Shown: positions 9,671 through 20,299 of the stretch, piece after piece | Layout: every line of letters starts with the position of its first letter | How positions within the stretch are numbered: the stretch's first letter is position 1 | Assembly (NCBI GenBank): GCA_045597785.1 | Contig: JAZLKT010000057.1 | Span: forward strand, 775-64,774 | Length of the DNA stretch: 64,000 nucleotides | From: Candidatus Cryptobacteroides sp. | GTDB taxonomy: Bacteria > Bacteroidota > Bacteroidia > Bacteroidales > UBA932 | Direction of reading: 5' to 3' | Notes under the pieces: generated by a model | Told to the model about the DNA's origin: nothing | The model's input: the letters and a program-made list of their open reading frames with translations, nothing else | The model's database searches: none | Made by a program: the position numbers and the translations under genes

Positions 9671-10999
9671 ATGAAAAAGTTTTTTATCGCAATTGCCGCC
9701 GTGGCAATGATCGCACCCGCAACAGGCCTGATGGCCCAGAACGACAAGTACGGTCCGAACAGCGCTGAGTGCCTCAAGTATCTCTCCTACTACGAGGAGT
9801 ACATGAAAACGAAAAACTATGCCGACGCCACCCCCAACTGGCGTGAGGCTTACAAGTACTGCCCTCCCCAGAGCCGCCAGAAGATGCTTGTTGACGGAAC
9901 CACCCTTATGCGTAAGCTCATCACCGCGAATGCGAAGAACCCTATCTACAAGCAGGCTCTCATCGACTCGCTCATGACCCTTCACGACCAGCGTATAGAG
10001 TTCTTCCCCGCAAGCGCCGTTACCGCCCGCAACAACAAGGGCCTCGATATGGCCAACTATATAAAGGACGACGACCAGCGCCTGTTTGACGGCTTCAACG
10101 AGATTATCGAAGCCAACGGCGCCGAGACCAAGTCTAACATCTACGTCCTTGACCTCAAGGCCGCCATCGAACTCTACAAGGTGGGAATGATAGGCGAAGA
10201 GGAAGTTATCGAGACATACAACCGCAACGTTGATTTCCTCGCTCAGGCCGAGCCCAAGAACGATGTTGATGCCGAGCAGAACGAAAAGGTTCGCGCCGAC
10301 CTCGAGAGCCTCTTCGTAGCCAGCAAGGTTGCAAGCTGCGACAAACTCATCGCCCTCTTCACGCCCCGCTTCGCTGCGGCTCCCGAAGATGTCGAACTTG
10401 CCCAGAAGATTGTGTCCTTCATGCTCAAGACCGAAGATTGCGCCGACAACGAGCTTATCTCGAAGGCGATTGCCGTTATGCACAAGAATTCTCCCAGTGC
10501 ATCCACGGCACATCTGGCATTCCAGATTTACTCTCAGCGCGGCAAGGTTGACGAGGCTGTGAAGTATCTGGAAGAGGCTATCCGCCTTGCCGATGCCGAG
10601 GATAAGGCCGGCTTCTCATACGAGCTTGCAATGTTCAGCTTCCGTACCGGCAACAACGTCAAAGCCGTTGAGGCCGCGAAGAACGCGGCAGATGCCGACA
10701 CTGAAGGCAAGTACGCCGGCAAGGCCTACTTCCTCATTGGAACAATCTGGAGCTCCCTCAAGTGCTCGGGCAACGAAATCGCAAGTCGCGCACCTTTCTG
10801 GGTAGCAGTGGATTATATGCAGAAGGCCATCAACGCCGACGCAAGCCTCGCCGCCGAAGCAAACAAGAAGATCGCCGAGTTCAAGGCTTACTTCCCTTCG
10901 ACTGCCGATGCCTTCATGTTCGACCTCCAGGACGGTAACGAATATACCGTAAGCTGCAGCGGTCTCCGCGCAGTGACAAAGGTCAGGACCCAGAAGTAG
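9671..10999 (+). CDS. Tetratricopeptide-repeat exported protein
   Basis: Signal peptide, helical TPR-like repeats (AVKYLEEAI, KAYFLIG); context between OMP and lptC. Confidence 0.75.
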   Translation: MKKFFIAIAAVAMIAPATGLMAQNDKYGPNSAECLKYLSYYEEYMKTKNYADATPNWREAYKYCPPQSRQKMLVDGTTLMRKLITANAKNPIYKQALIDSLMTLHDQRIEFFPASAVTARNNKGLDMANYIKDDDQRLFDGFNEIIEANGAETKSNIYVLDLKAAIELYKVGMIGEEEVIETYNRNVDFLAQAEPKNDVDAEQNEKVRADLESLFVASKVASCDKLIALFTPRFAAAPEDVELAQKIVSFMLKTEDCADNELISKAIAVMHKNSPSASTAHLAFQIYSQRGKVDEAVKYLEEAIRLADAEDKAGFSYELAMFSFRTGNNVKAVEAAKNAADADTEGKYAGKAYFLIGTIWSSLKCSGNEIASRAPFWVAVDYMQKAINADASLAAEANKKIAEFKAYFPSTADAFMFDLQDGNEYTVSCSGLRAVTKVRTQK

Positions 11000-11631
11000 T
11001 GAGCGCCCTGCACACCATCCTCAGACAAACGGCAACCGCACTCGCGGTTGCTTTTGTCGTTGTTTCATGTGCAGGCAAACTCAAACAGGCAGAGAAGATA
11101 AATCTCGAGGAAACCCCTGTACAGGTGGTCAGCGATATGTTTGCCGTACAGACCAAAGACGGGGTGGTGATGCAGCGGATCGAAGCCAGGATAATGGAAC
11201 GCTACGAGAGCGACACCCTCTCGCTTGACAAGTTTCCGCTCGGCCTCTCGGTATTCAGCTACACCGCCGACGGCCTGCTCGAATCCACCATCACGGCCCG
11301 CCGCGCGGAGCATCGTGTCTCGAAAAAGGGCAGAGAGGAGGAGCACTGGTCGGCCTATGGCAATGTCATAATCAAGAACGTCATCAAGGAGCAGACAATG
11401 CAGACCGATACCATCTACTGGGACCGCAAGGCCGAGCAGATTCATACCGACTGCTACGTCAAGATGTTCTCCCGCGACGGAATGATGCAGGGCTATGGTA
11501 TGCGCAGCGATGACCGTGCACGCAATGCAATACTCCTGAACCCCTTTGACGGCTTTGCATACACGAACCGCGACTCATCCGTTTTCGTCATAGATTCCGC
11601 GAACTTTATAGGGCCTTTGCCAAATTTTTAG
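10999..11631 (+). CDS. lptC: LPS export ABC transporter periplasmic protein LptC
   Basis: Lipoprotein-like N-terminus, FPLGLSV, AYGNVII, TDTIYWD, GYGMRSD beta-jellyroll motifs. Confidence 0.85.
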   Translation: MSALHTILRQTATALAVAFVVVSCAGKLKQAEKINLEETPVQVVSDMFAVQTKDGVVMQRIEARIMERYESDTLSLDKFPLGLSVFSYTADGLLESTITARRAEHRVSKKGREEEHWSAYGNVIIKNVIKEQTMQTDTIYWDRKAEQIHTDCYVKMFSRDGMMQGYGMRSDDRARNAILLNPFDGFAYTNRDSSVFVIDSANFIGPLPNF

Positions 11632-11672
11632 TATATTCGCAGCCCTTTGATAATTTTAAATAGTAAAACAAT

Positions 11673-13697
11673 ATGGCAGTTCTTCAAAAAATGCGCGAAA
11701 AGTTCGGAGTGGCGATATCCATCATCATCGCACTTTCGCTTCTTTATTTCATCGCGCCTATGGATGACCTGATGACCCTTTTCGGACGTCCTCAGAACGT
11801 GGGTGAAATCAACGGGAGGGGAATCTCCTACGAAGATTTCATCGCAGAGGTGGACAAATACACCACCATCTCTGAAATTTCCACCGGCACAACGTCTCAG
11901 AACGAACAGGCTCAGCTGCAGGTCCGTAACATGGCCTGGCAGGCCCTGCTCGACGAGTATATGTTCATAAAGAACGCCAAGGCGGCCGGCTTCAAGGTTG
12001 GTAACGCAGAGGCGGCTGACATCGTTCGCGGAGCGATTCCCGAAGACCAGATAAACGAACTCGCTTCTTCCGAGGACGAACGCATAGCAATGTACTGGCA
12101 GTACATCCAGAACAGCGTTGCATGGCAGCAGTACCACATCAAGTACAACTCGCTGTTTGCCCAGAGCGGAGTTGAAAACGCCCTCACCCTCGCAGATGCC
12201 GTTGCCCAGAACAATACAACCGTCGATTTCGACGTTGTAAGCGTTCCCTACACCTTCGCTCCCGACAGCACCATCAAGGTCAGCGGTTCGGAAATCAAGT
12301 CTTACTACAAGGCTCACAAGAAGAACTACAAGCAGAACGCCAGCCGCGATATCGAGTACGTTGTATTTGAGGTTACACCTTCGGCCGATGATATCGCCGC
12401 CACATCCGACAAGATGGACGAGGCTTACGCCGAGTTCGGCAAGACGGACAACATGAAGACCTTCCTCCTGAAGAATTCCGACCGCGGACTTTCGGAGTAC
12501 TGGTACAAGAAGGGCGAACTCAAGAGCATCAATTCCGACATCGACGCTTTCGCATTCTCGAACGCGAAGGGCGTGTCGCCCATCTACAACAGCGGCAACA
12601 CTTTCTATGCCGCCAAGGTAGTTGACAGCCAGATGCTCTCCGACTCCGTTTACGTAAAGCATATCCTCCTTCAGGGCGAGAAAGCCAAGGCAGAGGCCGA
12701 CAGCCTCCTGAAAGTTGTCGCCAAGGCTCCCGGTCAGTTCTCTACCGTTGCCATGCTGCATTCAGCCGACCAGGGCTCGCAGGCCGACGGTGAAATGGGT
12801 AATATCGGCTGGCTCACCCAGACCTATATGATTCCCGGTTTCGAGCCGGTCCTCACCGCACAGACAGGCAAGCCTTTCGTGCTCAACACCCAATATGGTA
12901 CCCACGTGGTTCTTGTTTCGAAGAAGACGGCTCCCGTCATGAAGAAGAAGGTTGCCATCCTCGAGAAGACAGTCCTCGCCGGCAAGGAGACCTTCAATGC
13001 CAAGTATTCCGAGGCCAACAGGTTCGCATCCATCGCAGAAGGTACAGTAGAGGGCTACCTCAAGGCTGTGGATTCCCTGGGAGTTTACTCTCATCCTTTC
13101 AACGGAGTTACCGAAGAGACCGACACCTACGGTTCAATCGCCCAGGCCAAGGAAATCACCCGCTGGATCTTCGATGCCAAGAAGGCCGGCAAGGCTTCCG
13201 CAATCATCACCGTCAACAACAACTACTTCTTCGTAGTTGCCCTCAAGGGCATCCACGAAGATGGCTACACCCCCGTTAAGGAAGTTGCAAGCCAGATCCG
13301 TCAGGTCCTCTACGCCGAAAAGCGCAGCGCTGCCGCAGCCAAGTCTGCCGCAGAGAAGATTGAAGGACTCGGCACTCTTGAAGAGATTGCCACGGCTCTC
13401 GGTTCGAGCGTTGAAAGCCGCAAGGGCATCAGCTTCTCAGCAATGAATATGGGTATGGCTGAACCCGCCCTGCTCGGCGCCGTTTACTCAGCTCCCATCG
13501 ACGAAATCGGAGGCCCCGTTGCCGGAATCACCGGAGTTTACGTCTACAAGGTTTCCGCCCGCGAGACAGGCTCGTTCTACACCGAGACCGACGCCCGCAA
13601 CTTCGCTGCCCAGAAGGCACAGTACACCAGCCAGATGCTTGTACCTGTCATGATGGAAGCCGCCGAAGTTCAGGACAACAGGGCGCGTTACTATTAA
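11673..13697 (+). CDS. SurA N-terminal domain / PpiD-like peptidyl-prolyl isomerase
   Basis: MAVLQKMREK + TM anchor, VGEINGRGISY, parvulin HILL...SAD...G-IGW...YGTHVV. Confidence 0.88.
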   Translation: MAVLQKMREKFGVAISIIIALSLLYFIAPMDDLMTLFGRPQNVGEINGRGISYEDFIAEVDKYTTISEISTGTTSQNEQAQLQVRNMAWQALLDEYMFIKNAKAAGFKVGNAEAADIVRGAIPEDQINELASSEDERIAMYWQYIQNSVAWQQYHIKYNSLFAQSGVENALTLADAVAQNNTTVDFDVVSVPYTFAPDSTIKVSGSEIKSYYKAHKKNYKQNASRDIEYVVFEVTPSADDIAATSDKMDEAYAEFGKTDNMKTFLLKNSDRGLSEYWYKKGELKSINSDIDAFAFSNAKGVSPIYNSGNTFYAAKVVDSQMLSDSVYVKHILLQGEKAKAEADSLLKVVAKAPGQFSTVAMLHSADQGSQADGEMGNIGWLTQTYMIPGFEPVLTAQTGKPFVLNTQYGTHVVLVSKKTAPVMKKKVAILEKTVLAGKETFNAKYSEANRFASIAEGTVEGYLKAVDSLGVYSHPFNGVTEETDTYGSIAQAKEITRWIFDAKKAGKASAIITVNNNYFFVVALKGIHEDGYTPVKEVASQIRQVLYAEKRSAAAAKSAAEKIEGLGTLEEIATALGSSVESRKGISFSAMNMGMAEPALLGAVYSAPIDEIGGPVAGITGVYVYKVSARETGSFYTETDARNFAAQKAQYTSQMLVPVMMEAAEVQDNRARYY

Positions 13698-14599
13698 TCG
13701 ATTTCCACAACGAGCGGCAGATGATCGCTCACGCCCGCGTTGTAGCGGGGTCCGATATAAGTTCGGCGGGGTTTCACTCCGCCGAACTTTTTGTCTTCTT
13801 CAAGCAGCAGGGGCGAAGCGAATACTTCCGCCCTGGAGCGGCTGGCAATGTCGGGCGAAACGGCGGCGCGGTCTATGAGTTCCCACTTCCCCTGAAATTT
13901 CAGACTCCCTGTCGGGCCGTCGGTTTCCCGGCCCTTCATCCCGGCCGGAAGGCTGCCGTCGGGTGAAAGTTCGACAAGGGGGCGAAGCAGTTCCTCGCTG
14001 CGAGTGTCACGCGGCTCGTTGAAGTCTCCTCCTGCGACCACAGGCCCGAAGGCCGAAAGCGAGTCGCATGCCGCAGCCAGTACACGGGTGATGGAATCGC
14101 GCCTTGCGGCGCTGCCGGCCCCAAGTTTGGACGGAAGGTGCACCGCGGCGACAGAAAGCCCTCTGAAACGGCAGAGAAGGATGTCGCGGGTACGGGCGAT
14201 TCCGATTACCGATGCGTCGGGAACCCCGAGCACCGAAGGCCGGTAGAGAAGGGCACAGTCGATGCCTCGCGGGTCTGACGAGTCGAAGTGGATGAACTCG
14301 TAGCCCAGGTGCCGCAGGGCTGTTTCGTGGCAAAGCATATGCAGAACCCGGTCGTTCTCTACCTCGCACAGGCCCACGGCGGCAGGGAGTTCTCCGTATT
14401 CATCTGCAATGCAAAGCAGGACCTTTGCGATGGAATTGCACTTGGCCTCGACCCGCCTTGCCGTCCAGTGCCGGCTGCCGTTCCAGCTGAAAGACCGCTC
14501 CGAGGGATTGTCCGAGCAGGCCTTGTTGTCGAAAAAATTCTCCACGTTCCAGAATACGATAATGGTGGAGAGAAGATGAAGTATCATAGTCGTTTTCAT
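13694..14599 (-). CDS. Endonuclease/exonuclease/phosphatase family protein
   Basis: WNVENFFD, GLCEVEN, DPRGID, HLPSK, GDFNE, SDHLP motifs. Confidence 0.9.
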   Translation of the reverse strand: MKTTMILHLLSTIIVFWNVENFFDNKACSDNPSERSFSWNGSRHWTARRVEAKCNSIAKVLLCIADEYGELPAAVGLCEVENDRVLHMLCHETALRHLGYEFIHFDSSDPRGIDCALLYRPSVLGVPDASVIGIARTRDILLCRFRGLSVAAVHLPSKLGAGSAARRDSITRVLAAACDSLSAFGPVVAGGDFNEPRDTRSEELLRPLVELSPDGSLPAGMKGRETDGPTGSLKFQGKWELIDRAAVSPDIASRSRAEVFASPLLLEEDKKFGGVKPRRTYIGPRYNAGVSDHLPLVVEID

Positions 14600-14652
14600 A
14601 ACTGCGAATTTGACAATAATTTTCTAAATTTGTAGGCTTTATATAAAGGAAT

Positions 14653-15753
14653 ATGTCTCTTAAATGCGGAATAGTGGGCCTGCCCAACGTGGGCAAATCA
14701 ACCCTTTTCAATTGTGTAAGTTCAGGAAAGGCGCAAAGTGCCAACTTCCCTTTCTGTACCATAGAACCCAATCTTGGCTCGACCAACGTGCCCGACAGGA
14801 GGCTCGAAGTACTGAGTGACATCTGCAAGCCCCAGAGAACTATTCCCGCCACCGTGGATATTGTCGATATCGCCGGCCTTGTGAAGGGTGCCAGCCGCGG
14901 AGAAGGCCTTGGCAACCAGTTTCTTGCGAACATCAGGGAGTGCGACGCCATCCTGCACGTGCTCCGTTGCTTCGACGACGGCAACATAGTGCATGTCGAC
15001 GGCTCGGTAGACCCCGTTCGCGACAAGGAGGTGGTAGATACGGAGCTCCAGATAAAGGACCTCGAAACCGTCGAAGCCCGCCTCGCCAAATGTGAAAAGG
15101 CCGGCAAGGCCGGAGACAAGGAGGCCGCAAAGCTTGCGGCTCTGCTCACGCGATACCGCGCCGCCCTGCTCGAAGGGCGCAGCTGCCGCAGCGTCGCTCT
15201 CATAAATGACGAGGAGGCCGAACTGGCCCGCAACCTTTTCCTGCTCACAAACAAGCCCGTGATGTATGTCTGTAACGTGGACGAGGCTCATGCCGCCAGC
15301 GGCAATGCCTATGTCGAGGCAGTGCGCGAGGCCGTGAAGGAAGAGAATGCCGAGATACTTGTAATCGCCGCGAAAACCGAATCGGACATAGCCGAGATAG
15401 AAGATTACGACGACCGTCAGATGTTCCTTGCCGACCTCGGACTCGAGGAGTCGGGCGTGGTAAGGCTAATCCAGAGTGCATACAAACTCCTTGGCCTGCA
15501 GACCTTCTTTACCGCCGGGTCGGACGAGTGCCGCGCCTGGACTATACACAAGGGCGACAAGGCTCCTCGCGCAGCCGGCGTTATCCACACCGATTTCGAA
15601 CGCGGCTTCATCAGGGCCGAAGTAATCAAGTACGACGATTTTGTCGCCTACAAGACCGAAGCCGCCGTGCGTGCCGCCGGCAAGATGGGAGTGGAGGGCA
15701 AGGAATATGTGGTACAGGACGGCGATATTATGCATTTCCTCTTCAACGTATAA
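14653..15753 (+). CDS. ychF: Redox-regulated ATPase YchF
   Basis: GIVGLPNVGKSTLFN, NFPFCTIEPN, DIAGLV, VIHTDFERGFIRAEV. TAAATTTG promoter at 14625-14632. Confidence 0.97.
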   Translation: MSLKCGIVGLPNVGKSTLFNCVSSGKAQSANFPFCTIEPNLGSTNVPDRRLEVLSDICKPQRTIPATVDIVDIAGLVKGASRGEGLGNQFLANIRECDAILHVLRCFDDGNIVHVDGSVDPVRDKEVVDTELQIKDLETVEARLAKCEKAGKAGDKEAAKLAALLTRYRAALLEGRSCRSVALINDEEAELARNLFLLTNKPVMYVCNVDEAHAASGNAYVEAVREAVKEENAEILVIAAKTESDIAEIEDYDDRQMFLADLGLEESGVVRLIQSAYKLLGLQTFFTAGSDECRAWTIHKGDKAPRAAGVIHTDFERGFIRAEVIKYDDFVAYKTEAAVRAAGKMGVEGKEYVVQDGDIMHFLFNV

Positions 15754-15772
15754 TCAAATAACACTAAATATC

Positions 15773-16915
15773 ATGAAAGAACAGATTCAAGAGAAATTCC
15801 GTTCCGTATTCGGAAAGGACGGCGTTGTTTACGCTTCAGCAGGACGCATCAACCTTATCGGCGAACACACAGACTACAATGGCGGTTATGTTTTTCCCGG
15901 TGCAATCGACAAGGGAATAATGGCGGCAATCGGCCTTAACGGCACCGACAAGGTCCGCGCATTCTCAATGGACTACAACGAGATGGCCGAATTCGGCCTT
16001 AACGAGGAGGACAAACCCCGTCAGGCCTGGGCGTGCTATATCTTCGGAGTATGCCGCGAGACCATCAAACGCGGCGGAAAGGTGGAAGGCTTCGACACAG
16101 TATTTGCCGGAGACGTTCCTCTCGGAGCCGGTCTTTCCAGCTCGGCGGCTCTCGAAAGCTGCTTCGCCTACGCTCTGAACGACATCTTCGCCAACGGCAT
16201 CGACAAATTCGAACTCGCCAAGATAGGCCAGAGCACCGAGCACAACTACTGTGGCGTCAAATGCGGCATCATGGACCAGTTTGCCTCGTGCTTCGGCAAG
16301 GCCGGATGCCTGATCAGGCTCAACTGCAAGACCCTTGAATACAAATACTTCCCCTTCAATCCCGAAGGCTACCGTCTCGTGCTCGTGGATTCCTGTGTAA
16401 AGCACGAACTCGCATCGTCGGCCTACAACAAGAGGCGCGCATCGTGCGAGAACGCAGCCGCCGCAATCCGCGCCAACCATCCCGAGGTTGAGTTCCTCTC
16501 CGATGCGAAGAGGCTCTGGCTTGACGAAGTTCGCGGACAGATTCCCGAAGAGGACTTCCTCCGCGCCGAATACGTAATCGGCGAGGTTCAGAGGGTACTC
16601 GACGTCTGCGACGCTCTTGAAAGGGACGACTACGAGACCGTCGGAGAGATGATGTATCAGACCCACTTCGGAATGAGCAGGCTCTACGAAGTAAGCTGTG
16701 AGGAACTCGACTTCCTCAACAAGCTTGCCCGCAAGATGGACGTGACGGGTTCAAGGGTTATGGGCGGCGGCTTCGGCGGCTGCACCATCAACCTCGTGAA
16801 GGACGAACTCTACGAGCCTTTCATCGCTGCCGTCAAAGAGCAGTTCGCCGCCAAGTACAACCACGCACCCAAGATTTACGACGTAGTCATCTCTGACGGC
16901 GCACGCAAGATTTGA
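15773..16915 (+). CDS. galK: Galactokinase
   Basis: GRINLIGEHTDYN, PLGAGLSSSAA, CGIMDQF, GGGFGGC. Start moved to ATG 15773, after the ychF stop. Confidence 0.96.
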   Translation: MKEQIQEKFRSVFGKDGVVYASAGRINLIGEHTDYNGGYVFPGAIDKGIMAAIGLNGTDKVRAFSMDYNEMAEFGLNEEDKPRQAWACYIFGVCRETIKRGGKVEGFDTVFAGDVPLGAGLSSSAALESCFAYALNDIFANGIDKFELAKIGQSTEHNYCGVKCGIMDQFASCFGKAGCLIRLNCKTLEYKYFPFNPEGYRLVLVDSCVKHELASSAYNKRRASCENAAAAIRANHPEVEFLSDAKRLWLDEVRGQIPEEDFLRAEYVIGEVQRVLDVCDALERDDYETVGEMMYQTHFGMSRLYEVSCEELDFLNKLARKMDVTGSRVMGGGFGGCTINLVKDELYEPFIAAVKEQFAAKYNHAPKIYDVVISDGARKI

Positions 16916-19656
16916 GGTCCGCTGGAACCATACTGGCCGCCCTGGCCCTGATGCTGTCCGCTTCATTCGAGGCGGACGCTCAGTTCTATGTGTCCGGTAA
17001 CGAACCTGCCGGGGTGCGCTGGTCTCATGTCAAGACCGAATCGTTCGACGTAATCTACCCCGAAGGATTTGATTCCCTGGGCCGGGCATTCGCGCTCAAG
17101 CTCGAGCAGTACAAGATGCCCAACTCCTATACCGTGGGCTTCCACGCCAACCAGTATTATCACCGCCGGCCTATGCCTGTGCTTCTGCACAACTCCCAGA
17201 GCTATGCCAACGGAATGGTCGTCTGGACCCCGCACCGCATGGAGCTGTACACCAATCCGGAGCCATATCGCCCCGAAGCCACGCCCTGGATCGATCTGCT
17301 TGCCGTGCACGAAGGGAGGCATGCAACGCAGATGCAGTACGTCAACCGCGGGAGCTTCAAGATCCTCACGGCTCTTACGGGCGAGATCGGTGCCGCCGGC
17401 CTCAGCGCACTGTATTGCGGACCGGCGTTCCTCGAGGGCGATGCGGTCGCTTCGGAAACCGCCCTTACGGCATCGGGACGCGGGCGCAGCGCCGATTTCC
17501 TGGAGTACTACAAGGCCAGTTTCGCGCAGCGCGACCTTCGCGACTACTGGCGCTGGTATTACGGCTCGGCAAGGCTCTACACGCCCGACTATTACAGGGC
17601 CGGATATGTGGCTCAGGCAGGTCTGAGGAGCGTGTATGCCGATACGATGTTCGTGCGCAACTACTACGACCGCATCAAGAAGCATCTTGGTATAGCTCCG
17701 CTCAACTGGCGCGGGACCATAAAAAAGGACATAGGCATAACCCCGCGCGAGGCGTTCAACACTGCAAGCTGGTATCTTGCGCACAGTTGGGACGAGTACG
17801 ACCGCTCGCGCCTGCCATTTACCCCGTCGGAGCGAATATCGGCCGTGCCGAAGTTCTTCGAAGATTACAGCGGAATGACTTCCGACGGAGCCTCGCTCTA
17901 TGCCGTGCGAAGCGGGATGGTCCAGGGCGGAAAGCAGCTTGTGCGTGTGCCTTCGTTCTCCGGCCCGGGAGGGCGGAAGGACTCGAAGCCCGAGCGCATG
18001 GCCCGTATGGGTTCGTACAGCTCAACCCTTTCGCACAGCCCTGTATCGGGGGAGATATATTGGAGCGAAGTGCGTGCAGACCTGCGTTGGGAGATGGTTT
18101 CGTACAGCGATATCATCGCATGGAACGAGGCCGCCGGCCGGCGTACGCTCGTGAAGGGAGGACGCTTCTACAACCCCGCCGCCCATCCTTGCGACTCGCT
18201 CCTCTCGGCAACGGAATACCTGTCCGACGGGACAAGCGCCGTGGTCATATTCACCCTTTCGGGCGACAGGCTCTGTTCGTACCCTATGCCCGTCGGGGTT
18301 CAGGCGGTCGAAAGCGCCTGGACTGATGACGGCACGCTCTGGTGCTCGGTGATAACGGATGATGGCTTCGGAATCATAAACGTGCATACGGGAGATTTTG
18401 TTCTGCCGGCCAGAAGTTCCGTGAAGATATGCGGTCTCCGTGGCTTGGAAGGCGGATTTCTGAATTTTGAATCGGACCTTGACGGCTCCAACGAGATGTA
18501 CAGGCTCGACCCCGCAGACGGGAGTCTCGTGCGGCTTACCAATATCCGTCACGGAGGCACCGGGTTCGCGTTTCGGGGAGATACGCTCTATTATTCCTCA
18601 ATCAGCCGCGAAGGACGCCTGGTTTACGGCGCGCCCGTTGATGACCTGGATTACGAGCGAGCCAACTGGGACTACCGCCATACCTATCCCTTCGCCGAAG
18701 AGTTGAGCGCGCAGGAAAAGATTCCGCTCACACCTTCTGACAGCGTGAATATAAGCGCACCGAAGCATTACGGGCGGCTTGCCCACGCGCTGCGCGTGCA
18801 TTCCTGGCTGCCCGCACAGGTGTTCATCGACAATATTGACGACCTTTCCTTTGCCGTAACCTCGCAGGACGTGGATTTAGGCGCTACGGCATTCTTCCAG
18901 AACACTCTCGGGACTTTCGACGGCTACGCGACGGCGGGCCTGAGTTCGTCCGGGATGAGCCTGACATATCGCGGACTGTATCCGGTGCTGGAAGCGTCGG
19001 CACGTTACGATTATCCTCCGAGGGTATTCGTCCCCGAAGGGGAGGTCGACGTGCGGGCAATACCTTTCTTTGGAAGTTTCCGCGCCTATGTGCCGCTCAA
19101 TTTCAGCGGCGGAGGCTGGTCGCGCGGAGTGATTCCTTCGGCACAGATCAACACCAGGGGTGAGTACACCATTGCGGTGCGTGCCTATACGATGCTGCCC
19201 ACTGCGGAGGCTTGCGTCTATCCGCGTTTAGGTATCGGAGCCGAAGCCGCCGTGCAGAACGGCAAATTCGCCGGCGCACTCTACGGCTACCTGCCCGGTA
19301 TCGCCAGGAATCACGGTATAAGCTGGACGGGTATTGCCAACTGGTATCAGCAGGCCGCGCAGCTGAAGGCCGACTACGTCATTCCGTTCGGATTCGTGGA
19401 CTGGAGCCGGCTTTGTCCCTTCTTCTACGTCCGCAATTTCGAAGTTTACCCGCATTTTTCAATAACCGGAAAGTTCGCTCCCGAAGAGCCTTGGAAGGCC
19501 CTGCTAGGCTATGGAATCCAGTTCGACGTAGTGCTGGGCAACTTCCTGTTCATCCCTTACATCACGCGCTTGGGTGTGAAATACACCGCTTTCGAAAATA
19601 ACTTTACCGACCCCATCGACCCCGAGTGGGAACTTGTATTCACGATAGACCTATGA
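16912..19656 (+). CDS. Large exported protein: HExxH metallopeptidase-like domain, beta-propeller-like repeats, probable C-terminal beta-barrel
   Basis: Signal peptide; AVHEGRH followed by FLEGDAV; propeller-like segments; aromatic amphipathic strands ending LVFTIDL. TTG start overlaps the galK stop. Confidence 0.65.
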   Translation: MRSAGTILAALALMLSASFEADAQFYVSGNEPAGVRWSHVKTESFDVIYPEGFDSLGRAFALKLEQYKMPNSYTVGFHANQYYHRRPMPVLLHNSQSYANGMVVWTPHRMELYTNPEPYRPEATPWIDLLAVHEGRHATQMQYVNRGSFKILTALTGEIGAAGLSALYCGPAFLEGDAVASETALTASGRGRSADFLEYYKASFAQRDLRDYWRWYYGSARLYTPDYYRAGYVAQAGLRSVYADTMFVRNYYDRIKKHLGIAPLNWRGTIKKDIGITPREAFNTASWYLAHSWDEYDRSRLPFTPSERISAVPKFFEDYSGMTSDGASLYAVRSGMVQGGKQLVRVPSFSGPGGRKDSKPERMARMGSYSSTLSHSPVSGEIYWSEVRADLRWEMVSYSDIIAWNEAAGRRTLVKGGRFYNPAAHPCDSLLSATEYLSDGTSAVVIFTLSGDRLCSYPMPVGVQAVESAWTDDGTLWCSVITDDGFGIINVHTGDFVLPARSSVKICGLRGLEGGFLNFESDLDGSNEMYRLDPADGSLVRLTNIRHGGTGFAFRGDTLYYSSISREGRLVYGAPVDDLDYERANWDYRHTYPFAEELSAQEKIPLTPSDSVNISAPKHYGRLAHALRVHSWLPAQVFIDNIDDLSFAVTSQDVDLGATAFFQNTLGTFDGYATAGLSSSGMSLTYRGLYPVLEASARYDYPPRVFVPEGEVDVRAIPFFGSFRAYVPLNFSGGGWSRGVIPSAQINTRGEYTIAVRAYTMLPTAEACVYPRLGIGAEAAVQNGKFAGALYGYLPGIARNHGISWTGIANWYQQAAQLKADYVIPFGFVDWSRLCPFFYVRNFEVYPHFSITGKFAPEEPWKALLGYGIQFDVVLGNFLFIPYITRLGVKYTAFENNFTDPIDPEWELVFTIDL

Positions 19657-20219
19657 TTTGCAGCAAATGTTCAAACGCTTTCGACGCGGCGTTGCCGCAG
19701 TCGGTTAACGTAAGCGAAAGCCCCGAAATCAAGGACGCTGTCCTCGACGGTTCGTTTTTCGTGGCAAATTGCCCCGAATGCGGGACTCCCGCGCTGAAAA
19801 CCGGGGCAATGGTGTATCACGACCCCGCCGAGCGCCTGCTCCTGGTTCTTAGCCCCACTCCGCTGACTTCTCCCGGCCTTGAGGGCTACACCTGCCGCAG
19901 GGTTCCCGATGCCGGCTCGCTCATCGAAAAGGTTAAAATCTTCAATGCCGGCTTCGATGATGTGGTTATGGAACTTTGCAAGTATGTCACACAGATGGAG
20001 CTCGGCAAGGATGTAAAGTTGAAGTTCCTGCGCACCGAGGGGGCCGATTCGGAGATAGTGCTCACTTATCCCGAGAACGGCTCGATGCAGATGATAGCCA
20101 TCGGCTCGAACGTATATTCCGACTGCGAAGGGATAGTCTCGCGCAACCCGGTCATGCGTGAAAAGGCGGCCGGTCTGGTCCTCGTTGACAGCGAGTGGAT
20201 AGCCCGGTTCCTCAAATAG
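19653..20219 (+). CDS. CpXC-domain (zinc-ribbon) protein
   Basis: CSKC...SVNV...LDGSFF..CPECG...YHDP...LIEKVKIFNAGFDDVVMELCK. ATG overlaps the upstream stop. Confidence 0.8.
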   Translation: MICSKCSNAFDAALPQSVNVSESPEIKDAVLDGSFFVANCPECGTPALKTGAMVYHDPAERLLLVLSPTPLTSPGLEGYTCRRVPDAGSLIEKVKIFNAGFDDVVMELCKYVTQMELGKDVKLKFLRTEGADSEIVLTYPENGSMQMIAIGSNVYSDCEGIVSRNPVMREKAAGLVLVDSEWIARFLK

Positions 20220-20299
20220 CCGCCGCCCGAGCCCACACCGGCGCTGCAGAGAATTCGGCAAAATTTTGTTAAATTTGGCACTTTGTTGCACCAAGTCAT

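Noticed and set aside
15641-15772. N-terminal extension of galK
   Set aside because: It overlaps the ychF 3' end; GalK-like sequence starts at MKEQIQEKF (15773).
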